The notes: a model not told the origin generated them from the letters alone. A DNA stretch of 63,647 bases, filler included, from Octopus bimaculoides (GCF_001194135.2; 10 parts of 9 records of this genome joined end to end with filler, not necessarily neighbours in it); one strand, 5' to 3'; numbered from the whole stretch's first letter, positions 39,684-50,928 are shown. A program made the numbers and translations.

Positions 39684-40090
39684 AGAACGAGATAAAGGTG
39701 AAACAAGTCGAAAAAAGTGGAAAAAAGTGTAAGAGTCACGGACAAATTTTGCTGATGTTCAATCAAGGTTCAGGAAAGGCAGATCCAACAGGAACAGTAA
39801 TCCAAGGTAACAAGAGATTCCGGCAGGTGGGTACATCAAATCCAGTTGAAAGGCCAGGGTCCGTGTGAGCGTACGTTATATAAGTTCAAAAAAACAATAA
39901 CAAAAGAAACAACAAAGTGAGGACGTGATACGGATAGTGTTATTGGACGCTCAGAAAAGGAAAGAGAGAGTGCATGACGTTTCGGGCGTAGCCCTTCGTC
40001 GGAAAGATGGAAAGTTCGGAGAATGGAAGAACGGAGAAAGAGGAAAATGGTATATGATTCCAATACCTTGTGAGTAAAATCCAATAGTAT
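39684..40090 (-). mobile_element. Penelope-type pseudo-LTR region
   Basis: Pyrimidine-rich lead-in, hammerhead core, then a ccaataac...cacgtcctcactttgttgt tail shared with 130-210 and ~50650. Confidence 0.6.
39973..40005 (-). ncRNA. Minimal type I hammerhead ribozyme motif
   Basis: Minus: ttt-CCGACGA-A-GGGC-tac-GCCC-GAAAC-GTC-atg; 4-bp stem II, palindromic ACGT stem III, U4C core variant, weak stem I. Confidence 0.6.
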
Positions 40091-40371
40091 TTAGAATTGG
40101 TCAATCCAAGTATAGAGTTTGTACACAGTGCTATTGAATGAAGGGTTTTATTTAAAGTGACCTAAAAGTAGGGAATGTATTTGTAAGGTCAAATCGAAAA
40201 CAGGAAGAGAGGAATAAAGAAAAGAAAGTAAAAAGAAAAACAAGGAGAGAGATAATAAAGGAAAGTGTACCAGTTAGTGGTCAGTCAAGATAATTTGAAA
40301 GTAGGAATGGGGAGATGAGGGTGATAGAGAGAGAAAGGTATTAGAATGTAAAAAGATAGAAGGAATGGAGG

Positions 40372-40402
<31 letters not shown>

Positions 40403-40869
40403 TGGGGGGAGGTATAATAATGTAAAAGGTAAAGGAGTGTCAGTTATATAGCGATAGAGTATAAGTGATGGAGTAGAGAGAGGGGTAGTAGTATGGAATG
40501 AAGAAATTTAGGAATATAGATTAGGTGATTGGACAGGTCAGTGCTTAGTAGTAGAAGAAACTATGTATGTGAAGATGTATACATATGTTTATATTAGACA
40601 TGTATATATGTATTTATACAGATGTTTATACATATCAATATCTACATATACAACTCGTACTCATATGTATATGTCCACATGCACATCCATATATACGTGT
40701 ATCTGTATGTATTATCACCCCTGTACATGCAGGTATATATACCTTGCATACATACATTCACACATACATACATACATACACACATACACACACACATACA
40801 TATACACACACATATGCATGCATGCATATACACATGAATATAATTAGTTGGTTGTGATATTCGAGTATG

Positions 40870-42330
40870 AGTGAGGAATTAGATAGGGATTAAGAGTTAA
40901 AATGTAGATTTATAAGGTTATTGGGATTAGCTAAGGGGTATTGTGGAAATATACTGTATGGTCGTTTGGGCATTTGGATTTGTGGCAGAATTTGAATGTG
41001 TGAAAAAAGCGGTGGTTGCATGTGCCTCATTATGTTTATTTAGCAGTGTTGGAGAGTTGTGCTTTAATATGTGAAGTACCTCCTTTAGGCAAAACATGCA
41101 GGTTGAGCATTGACCTTGGTAAGGAAGCCCTGAATCTAATATGGAACATGACAAAGTATAAGGGATATTTGTATTTTTGAGAATATGTATGTGACTGGCG
41201 AGTGTTGTAGATTTACTATGCTTATCGTATCTAAAAGAATGGAGGTGAGCGACATATCATTGCTTAAAACTTTTGGTTGATCTTATGTATATGGCTGTAG
41301 AGTTGTGTAATAGATTAAGAACAGTGCATTTCTAAATTACTTTATATCTTCTGCAATGGGTTTGTAACAGGCAGATGGTTCCAGGACAGCAATTACAATT
41401 AGGTGAATTTTGGGGACTGTGTTCAGGAGTAGAGGAGGTAATATTGCCAGAGGAGAGGTCAGAGAATGGAGTAGAAGATTCTATATTATTAACGTTATCA
41501 TTACCATCATTGCTATTATTACTATTGTTGTTATTAATTGTACTATTTGCAAGGGTGGTAGAGATTGTGGTAGTGTTCCGGGCAGTGTCAGTAGGATGGG
41601 TTGGGTTGTGGTTGTAGTCTGATGTAAGGGTATCTGTGCTGAAGCCGTGTGTGTGTTGAGTGTTCGTAAGACTAGAGTTGTAATTATATGAGTTTTTGAT
41701 AGTAAAGAGAAAGCTTTTGCTTCTTAGAGGTTGCTACAATAGATTCGAAGTTGGGTGAACTAGAATAAGATAGTTTCAGGGTGGATCTATTAAAGATAGA
41801 ATGATATTTATGTTGCCGAGGGAAGTTAGAGTCTAGTACTTTAAAGAAGGATTTAGCTAAGTTCTTAAGTGAGAATGGGGGTGTGTACCAGAGAATAGAG
41901 CATCCACCACTTTTTTAGGGGGTCTTGGAGTACTGCTATCTAAGTTTTTAGATAAAGGAATGCTATCTATATTTTTAAAGAATGTATATGGGTGGCGAGG
42001 CCTGTTGTTGTTAGCTGCTTCAGTTGTTTTCGTTTTTGAGTTAGTGTTAAATGAATGTGTATGGGGTCTAGGTTGCCTAGGTGTAAGACCTTCCAGGGAT
42101 CCATCGACGAGTGTGTGTGGTTGGTGCATGTTTGAGATGTGATTTGAGACATGTATTGTTTGAGCCTGGTGTTATGGATGTATTCTATTTGTTGGGAAAA
42201 GCCGCTAGCGGCGAGTGCTTGATTAGAATATGGTGCGTGATTATTGAAAATTTCCTCAGTGGAAATTTCACTCTCACATCTATTTTCATTCCTCCACTTC
42301 ACTCTCTATTTTGTATCTAATTAACTATTG
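40870..42330 (-). pseudogene. Decayed Penelope-like retroelement: RT C-terminus, linker and GIY-YIG endonuclease
   Basis: EEIFNNHAPYSNQALAASGF (RT C-terminal region); ILWYTPPFS...FPRQHKYHSIFNRSTLKLSYS (41897-41759); 41400-41010 in one frame with two stops: CNCCPGTICLL..VI*KC..YIRST..FKQ*Y..HLHSFR..TLASHI..CMFCLKE..LLNKHNE. Confidence 0.92.
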
Positions 42331-42350
42331 CTTAACCATTTTCTCACACC

Positions 42351-42398
42351 GTCTCCGATGAAAGGATATAATAAATATCCTGGAAACAGCTGTAAGAC
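42351..42398 (+). ncRNA. Minimal type I hammerhead ribozyme motif
   Basis: GTCT-CCGATGA-a-AGGATAT-aataa-ATATCCT-g-GAAAC-AGCT-GTA-AGAC: perfect 4-bp stem I, 7-bp stem II, palindromic ACAGCTGT stem III, GUA triplet. Confidence 0.72.
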
Positions 42399-42816
42399 CT
42401 TGGATTTATAAATGTTCTAAAATCTTCACAGCCTTGGTCTTTTATCTCATCTTGAAAAAAAATTTATATATATGGATATATATATATATGTAATTATATA
42501 TATATATGTGTNNNNNNNNNNNNNNNNNNNNNNNNNNNNNNNNNNNNNNNNNNNNNNNNNNNNNNNNNNNNNNNNNNNNNNNNNNNNNNNNNNNNNNNNN
42601 NNNNNNNNNNNNNNNNNNNNNNNNNNNNNNNNNNNNNNNNNNNNNNNNNNNNNNNNNNNNNNNNNNNNNNNNNNNNNNNNNNNNNNNNNNNNNNNNNNNN
42701 NNNNNNNNNNNNNNNNNNNNNNNNNNNNNNNNNNNNNNNNNNNNNNNNTATATATATAAAAGAAATTGGAGATAAATCAATTAAAAAGTATATTTATTAA
42801 ATGTAAAAAGAAACAA

Positions 42817-42903
42817 TCTCCTACAGCTGTTTCAATTTGTGCTTTAAAGATTATAATTGTAATTATTAAATCATTTTTTAAAGCAGAATCTCATCAGAGG
42901 CAG
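42817..42903 (-). ncRNA. Type I hammerhead ribozyme motif with a long stem II
   Basis: Minus: cct-CTGATGA-[57-nt imperfect hairpin incl. TGCTTTAAA/TTTAAAGCA]-GAAAC-AGCT-GTA-gga; canonical core, weak stem I. Confidence 0.65.
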
Positions 42904-42960
42904 AAAAAAAGATATACTATTAAATTATTTGGTGATTTTTCATAGCATCTATCATCAAAA

Positions 42961-43010
42961 CAGCCAATGAGAATGCATCGGAGCTCTTAACTCCGGCATT
43001 TGAAACTCTT
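42961..43010 (+). ncRNA. Degenerate hammerhead-like motif
   Basis: CCAATGA-GAATGCatCGGAG-ctcttaa-CTCCGGCATTT-GAAAC; good stem II, G5 mutated, stem III and triplet lost. Confidence 0.4.
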
Positions 43011-43125
43011 AGTTCTATTGTGACAACTTACTAATTGTTCTATGCGATACTATATATATAAATTCCTCTATTTACATAATATTGAGGTCTCATTCTTTTG
43101 TTGTCATTTTATTGTTATTATTAAC

Positions 43126-43189
<64 letters not shown>

Positions 43190-43263
43190 AAAATATATAT
43201 CATTACAATACAATAATATTATTTTCCAGTGAAATAAAGCACCATAAAGATAGAATTATAAAT

Positions 43264-43594
43264 AGGAAATAGTGGCACAACAAGGTACCAGTTTTTACTG
43301 GAAATAGCAGTTGATAACTGTTTGGTGTTAGGTAAAGTATCACCACCGAATGTATAGAGGCAAAGCTGTGTGTGGATGGCAAATATAAAAAATTTTCGTC
43401 TTACCTCTAGGAAGAGCACCAGAGCAATGGACAACCTAGTACTCAAGTTATGAACTCTTCAGAATATATTTGCTATTGTAAAACTGAGTGGTCCTTGTTG
43501 GCTAGGTCTACTGAAAAGACTAAATTTAAATTATCCGCTATACTCAACTGCTATTTCCAGCAAAAATTGGTACCTTATTGTACCACTATTTCCT
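43264..43594. mobile_element. Unclassified foldback element/MITE with 51-bp inverted repeats
   Basis: Arms 43264-43314 and 43544-43594 are reverse complements with 4 mismatches, all transitions. Confidence 0.8.
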
Positions 43595-43751
43595 TCCTAT
43601 CTATCTAGTTATCTATCTATCTATATACATATCTCTCTCTCTCTCTCTCTCNNNNNNNNNNNNNNNNNNNNNNNNNNNNNNNNNNNNNNNNNNNNTTAAT
43701 TAATTAANNNNNNNNNNNNNNNNNNNNNNNNNNNNNNNNNNNNNNNNNNNN

Positions 43752-43796
<45 letters not shown>

Positions 43797-45046
43797 AAAG
43801 GTAAGATCCAAGGATCAAGGTGTAGGAAGTTAGTGAGTTTCAAGAAATCAGTAGAAAATATAAAAATCAACTTTCAGGAACAATACTAGTTGTGAGTTTT
43901 TACCGTATCGATGTACGATAAACTGAAAAAGGCTAATTTTATAGTTCACGGTTAGTAACCGGTGTTGTATATGCGAATAAGCATTCAAAATAAGGGGAAT
44001 GGAGTAGATAAAGTCCAGGCTACAAATGTTTCATAGCTAGCAGAACCTCGGAAGCAGTAACTTATCCAAACGAGGGGTAGACCTCAAGCTACTCTTCAGG
44101 CCAAGGATACCTTTGATATCATGAAGTTTACATTGTCATTAGGAGATCCTGTGTTACCTCGTTGGGAATGCGATCGTATTTTATCTAAATTTTGTGTGTA
44201 TATATATATATATATATACGACGCGCTTCTTTCAGTTTCCGTCTACCAAATCCACTCACAAGGCATTGGTCGGCCAGCGTGACTTCTGGGACTTGACCGA
44301 TGAAAGAAAGCCAAGAAAGACCCGTCGTTTTTTTTTTGCCTGTCCTTCTAATTGTTGTTTCTCTTGTCCGCCTATGTGTCGTCTATCTGTTTTAATACCC
44401 ACTATTGCGTTTTTGTTCCATTTATATATATATATANNNNNNNNNNNNNNNNNNNNNNNNNNNNNNNNNNNNNNNNNNNNNNNNNNNNNNNNNNNNNNNN
44501 NNNNNNNNNNNNNNNNNNNNNNNNNNNNNNNNNNNNNNNNNNNNNNNNNNNNNNNNNNNNNNNNNNNNNNNNNNNNNNNNNNNNNNNNNNNNNNNNNNNN
44601 NNNNNNNNNNNNNNNNNNNNNNNNNNNNNNNNNNNNNNNNNNNNNNNNNNNNNNNNNNNNNNNNNNNNNNNNNNNNNNNNNNNNNNNNNNNNNNNNNNNN
44701 NNNNNNNNNNNNNNNNNNNNNNNNNNNNNNNNNNNNNNNNNNNNNNNNNNNNNNNNNNNNNNNNNNNNNNNNNNNNNNNNNNNNNNNNNNNNNNNNNNNN
44801 NNNNNNNNNNNNNNNNNNNNNNNNNNNNNNNNNNNNNNNNNNNNNNNNNNNNNNNNNNNNNNNNNNNNNNNNNNNNNNNNNNNNNNNNNNNNNNNNNNNN
44901 NNNNNNNNNNNNNNNNNNNNNNNNNNNNNNNNNNNNNNNNNNNNNNNNNNNNNNNNNNNNNNNNNNNNNNNNNNNNNNNNNNNNNNNNNNNNNNNNNNNN
45001 NNNNNNNNNNNNNNNNNNNNNNNNNNNNNNNNNNNNNNNNNNNNNT

Positions 45047-45619
45047 TGTTATAAATGTAGGTAGTAATTTTACCTTAACCTTATTCTTAGTGCAAGTTTT
45101 CAATAGTGCAGTTCGATTTTAACAGTTATTTTTTCAAAGCTATAATGGAAATGACAAAGGAGCATATTCGGCATATTTTGCTTTATGAGTTCAATAAAGG
45201 CAATAACGCAACGGAAAGTGCGAGGAATATTAATTCAGTATATGGGCATCGGACAATAAGCGTAAGCAGGTGTCAACGGTGGTTCCAGAAATTCCGAGCC
45301 AAAAACTACAGCCTGGAAGATGAACCTCGTCCTGGAAGGTCTGTAGAGCTTGACGAGGACGTCCTGCAAAACCTAGTGGAACAAAAGTCCCATCGTAACT
45401 GTTGAGGAACTAGTAGAGAAGCTTGGATTTGGTCATTTAACCAGTCATTCAAGTCAGCGCTAGAAGAAAAACGACCATCTTTGGTTTCAAGATGTAACGT
45501 GTTCTATCAGGATAATGCTCAGCCACATACAATGAGGATGACATTCCAAAAGCTGGAGCAGTTTGAATAGGAAACGATGCCCCACCCACCATATTTGCTG
45601 GACATTGCCCCATCTGATT
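45047..45619 (+). pseudogene. Internally deleted mariner transposase relic
   Basis: ATG at 45145: MEMTKEHIRHILLYEFNKGNNATESARNIN...WFQKFR...LEDEPRPGRS; jumps at ~45442 to ALEEKRPSL..YQDNAQPH..PHPPYLLDIAPSD; ends flanked by gaps. Confidence 0.92.
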
Positions 45620-45783
45620 NNNNNNNNNNNNNNNNNNNNNNNNNNNNNNNNNNNNNNNNNNNNTTAATTAATTAANNNNNNNNNNNNNNNNNNNNNNNNN
45701 NNNNNNNNNNNNNNNNNNNGCTTCTTTCAGTTTCCGTCTACCAAATCCACTCACAAAGCTACTTACCACACAGCCACTCATAC

Positions 45784-45817
<34 letters not shown>

Positions 45818-46097
45818 AGTATGTATGTATGTATGTATGTATGTATGTATGTACGCAAATATTTATATACGTATGTTTGTGTATGAGTACCTTTGTGTCT
45901 GCGGTGTTTGATGCCCACCACCAGTTGTCTTTTCTTTATCTACCCGTCCCTAGAGGTTCGGTAGAATAAACTAAATATAGGAGTCAAATCCTTCGAATAA
46001 AATTCCTCAAGGCGCTGCCTCAGAATGACCGCAGTCCAATGAGTGAAACAAGTAAAGGATATATATATATATATTTATTTATTTATTCATTTATGTG

Positions 46098-46320
46098 TAT
46101 GTGTTTGTGTCTGTTTGTCCCTCACCGTCGCTTCACAACCGATGTTGGTGACTTTATGTCCCCGTAACTTATTGTTCCGGCAAAGCGACCGATAGAAGTA
46201 GTACTAGGCTTACATAGAATAGAATAAGTCCTGGGGTCGATTTCTTCGACTAAAACCCTTTTAGGCGGTGCTCCAGCATGGCCACAGTAAATACTGAAAC
46301 ATTTAAGACAAAAAGAATAT
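46098..46320 (+). mobile_element. SINE family A, 3' half
   Basis: gtccccgtaactta...gtactaggcttac...cctggggtcgattt...aggcggtgctccagcatggcc. Confidence 0.85.
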
Positions 46321-46507
46321 ATATATAGATAGATACATACATACATAGGTAGGTTAGATAGTTAGATAAATAGATAGATAAATAAATATAGACAGACAGA
46401 TAGACAGATAAATATATAGACAGACAGACATACATACAGACAGACAGATAAATAGACAGATAGATAACAGAGAGACAGACAGGTAGATAAATAGAGAGAT
46501 AGATACA

Positions 46508-46551
<44 letters not shown>

Positions 46552-46582
46552 AAAGCAGACAGACAGACATACAGACAGACAA

Positions 46583-46617
<35 letters not shown>

Positions 46618-46646
46618 TATAGATAGATAGACAGACAGATAGATCA

Positions 46647-46712
<66 letters not shown>

Positions 46713-48037
46713 GTTCACCAAGTATCACAGGCTTTGTATTCCTACGGATAATAATCTCAAACACACGTGATCGCGATTAAACGAATCGACTGAAACTTGG
46801 CCAGCACCCTTCTCTCCAATGAAGTCTCATAATCTGACCACTTTACGATAAAGAAAATAACAATAAAAATTAATGCAAATGATGTTAACATTCAGCGCCG
46901 TCTCTCTGATTCATTATTGGATAATTCCCTCAGCCTGGCAACATACTGTCAAAGTATGACGTTGCTTTTACACATCAATCAGAACAGACTTTTTAAACAC
47001 TCCGATGCAACGAACTACTAGAGAATTTATTTCTTTTTTTGTTTTTGAATCAGAGAATAAGCTTGAACTCTTTAAATTGCAACTCAGATGATTTCTCCAG
47101 GGTATACAAGAGAACATATATATANNNNNNNNNNNNNNNNNNNNNNNNNNNNNNNNNNNNNNNNNNNNTTAATTAATTAANNNNNNNNNNNNNNNNNNNN
47201 NNNNNNNNNNNNNNNNNNNNNNNNCAATAAGACATATTCCATATATTCAATAAGACATTCAATACTTTATTTCATTGTACCATCCATTTTTATATTATAT
47301 ATTGTATATTCCATATTCTATATCCCACATTAATTTTACCAGAATATAAATAAAACATAAAAAACAGACAGAGTTGGAACTCTTTTAAACAAAATAATAT
47401 ATCCCTCTGTACACAATCATACAAAACCCCTTTTTTGTATTTATTTTTACTCACACACACATATATATATATATATGCATACACACATGCATACACACAC
47501 ATATAGAGAGAGCGAGAAAGAAAGAGAGAAAGAAAATTATCCAAACACACACATGCGCACATACATATGTACATATATTCACATCAATGATGGGCGAACT
47601 GATGCCAGCTAATCAAAATAGTTACCCATGCCCTATCTATATGCATATTGTATCTGTATGCGTGGACACCTACACTTTTCATGTTCAATACGTACCACCT
47701 TATGCTGGAAACAATTGTTTATTATCTCTCTATAACTTCCTTTGCTTTCCTTTTATTTATTTCTTTCTCATAAAACCTCTCTGTTTTCGATTCTTTGTTC
47801 ACTCTCTCTCCTTCTCTGTTTCTCTCAGTCTTCTATTCTTTGTTCTCTCTCTCTCTCTCCCTCTCTCATCGTGCGATTCTTTGTTCACTCTGTCTCTCTT
47901 TAATTCTGTGTTCTCTATCTCTCTCTCCCTCTCTTTTCAATGACTATATTTTACTGCAAAATGGTTTTGAGAGACTACAAATAGATTTACTTTTTCCGGA
48001 GATGTAAAATAGTTAAGCGATGCTTTTATAACCTTAC

Positions 48038-48100
48038 CTCATGGAAAACAAATCACGTAATACTGAGCAGTCCAAAGGAGAAGGGCAATATGCAGCAGAG
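48038..48100 (-). CDS. Candidate 63-nt symmetric exon (phase 2-2) of an unidentified gene
   Basis: Acceptor catctttctgttccaag|, donor GAG|gtaagg; only one frame open: SAAYCPSPLDCSVLRDLFSM. Confidence 0.25.
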
Positions 48101-50283
48101 CTTGGAACAGAAAGATGATCACTTTATTCATCAACAGTAATTTTAATTCAAATATATATGTTCAGAATTCTAACGGAGTTCGTGAAGTAACGTACATCTT
48201 CCTTTCTGTTAGAATAACAGTCACACTTATACACACTAAATACTTGATCGGTTACTTCATTAGTTATTCTTTAGAAAAATGTTACCTCGGTCGAGACATT
48301 CTTTGTAAATGAGACAACATTAAAGTGATAAACAATTAGAATTAAAGATAATTGGTTTTCTTGGTAAATAACTATTTTCATCAAAATTTTCCCTCTGGGA
48401 CATTGAGCACACGATAAAGCACATAGTTATGATTTATTTTAACGAACCTTTGTATAATCTCTTGAATGACTAGTATTTTCTTGAGAGATTTTATAATACA
48501 ATGATGGTGATTCATATTTTGTGCAGTTCGATACCGGGTGTGTCCTAAATTTTGTATATTCTCCCTATGTTTCCTGTTTCCCATATTCATCCTATGCTTT
48601 GATTTCTAACAATACGTGACATAGAATGTAATCCTAAAACATCTTGGACACCTTTTCCGGTTTTGCATAGATATAAGTTTCATTAAGTTGCAGCATAATA
48701 TCAAATAACACTGTAGAACAGAGTTTTGTTGTCTGATGTTGGAGACATTTTTCCTATTAATTCTGGTGTGCTGATTTCAAAAACGAAATTCTTTCTGCTC
48801 TATCACATTAAGATTTTCAACAAACTTAGATGTTAATTTTCAACATTTCTGGTATTGTCACCGTTTCTATGGATAGATTTGACTACACCAAATGCGAAGC
48901 CATGTATGGAACATGACATAAATTTTAAATTATAGCAATGCAAGCTAGATGAGGCATGTGTGTTGAACTTTTAAACCGTGTCTTATGAAAACAATTATAT
49001 TGAATTTGCCCTTAATGTTTTAATTGTGAAGTCATATGTGCCAAGTTCACTTTTCGTCAATCATTGTCAAAGAACTGTAAAAAGAACTGTCTTGTAAATT
49101 TCGCTTAACCATGTCTACATGGATTTGTACATATTTATTTTTCTACAAATTTTCGAATATTGCTTAAAATAAGTATTTAAAGTCCATTGTGTTGATTGTT
49201 TTATTATGGTAGAAGTGTAAGCATAAATTACAGATCAAAATGTAGTCGAGTAAATTTTGCTTCCAAAAGTGTGTACCGATATAAATGCGACGAAATGAAT
49301 GAGGAAAGGAAATCCTCTGTTTCATAATGATACCAGAAAACTCATTAGGTATAAGATTGTTAGATAAGAGCTGTTCTAGATTCATCAATTAAACAATCAG
49401 AGCCCCATGGTCTACAATGTGATCATTCGTCTAGCTAGTGCAGAAGACAAAGGTCTCTGAGCAGAAACCCTACTGATTTGAAACATACGAGAACTGTCTG
49501 AACTCATGAGGCAAAAAAAGAAAGTTTACACAATGATTATAGATTAACAATTAATATGCAAGAGACGTTGACTAATTTACGCCATAATTTATATAATATT
49601 CTCTAAGAGGAGTACGTCTTAACGGTGATAGGTATGGAAATATGTGTTTTTATGCTTCAAACTATATATATTGACATTAATATTTCCTTTTTGAGCACAA
49701 ATACGATTTTAATTTGTAATCTATTCGATTTCTTAAGTGATTAATCTGCTCCTTCAATTCTACCTTTCGATTTTCCTCTTCTTCATATTAAAATCGCTGT
49801 CTCTGTCTACCTCTCCAGTTTCTCATTCACATCATGTTCCCCTCCTCTACTATCTTACTTGTATCATACTGTTATTCTTATTTCCATACATTAATAAATT
49901 CCTCAGTGTGTTAACTTCTACCCATATTTGAAGGGTTGTCCATATGTTTTTTTTTTCTCGCTGGAGTTAAATGACCTTGGCGTTACCTTCCTTTTTACCC
50001 AGTAGTATAGAAGCTTCTCTAATTTTAAATGAGATTACACTGTGTGGTAATTCTGCGTGATTGTCTAATCATATTAACATAGCTAATTTCTCTTGATAAC
50101 ATTCTAAAACCTGCCTACTGAATGTATATATAACCGTAGTTATACATGCAGACGTGCATTGCATCATCCGAAATTTTACTGCACGGTGTTACATCATAAT
50201 TTTTATATGAGATTCTGGTGTATTTAATGCTTCTTTACCTACCTGTAAATTGAAATATGGTAACCCACAAACACATATGATAC

Positions 50284-50430
50284 CAATACCATTACACCTT
50301 AAAGCGGCGAACTGGTAGACTCGTCAGCATGACGGACAATATGCCTAGGGGCATTTCACTTGTATTTACGTTTGTGTTCAAATTCTGACGAGGTTCGCTT
50401 TAACATTCATCGTTTCGGGATTATAATTCC
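50284..50430 (+). mobile_element. SINE family B, degenerate 5' part
   Basis: aagcggcgaactggtagactcgtcagc...gttcaaattctgacgagg. Confidence 0.65.
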
Positions 50431-50569
50431 CATCAATACGACCTGTTAGGAGAGAGTACTCGGTTTATCACCTAGATTTCACAAACTGTCGTCACTGTAA
50501 CAACATGCCGCTTGTTGGAGATATTTTCTTCTACATCCTGCTTTTCTCTTGAACTTTTCTCTGTCTCCT

Positions 50570-50604
50570 GTTTCTGAAGAATAGCTTTCCTCAAAATGTA
50601 AAAC
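50570..50604 (+). ncRNA. CpG-decayed hammerhead relic in a pLTR remnant
   Basis: GTTT-CTGAAGA-a-tagc-ttt-cctc-AAAA-TGTA-AAAC; stem I GTTT/AAAC intact; GAAA>AAAA and CGTA>TGTA are both at former CpG sites. Confidence 0.45.
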
Positions 50605-50887
50605 ACCGTTTCTTTCCTTCTCTTAAGATATTTTTAATACTTTGCATGTACCACGTCCTGGTGTGGTTGTATTTTCTTGTGNNNNNNNNNNNNNNNNNNN
50701 NNNNNNNNNNNNNNNNNNNNNNNNNTTAATTAATTAANNNNNNNNNNNNNNNNNNNNNNNNNNNNNNNNNNNNNNNNNNNNTAATGGCCATTATTTTAAA
50801 CTTGCTTTTTTATGTTTTATATTATATATGTATGTGCATATATGCATATGTAATTGTATGTATACACACACACACACATTCACTTAT

Positions 50888-50928
<41 letters not shown>

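Noticed and set aside
50234-50262. Minus-strand ttacag|GTAGGT as a recursive splice site
   Set aside because: Poor polypyrimidine tract and no evidence of a host intron; such motifs arise by chance
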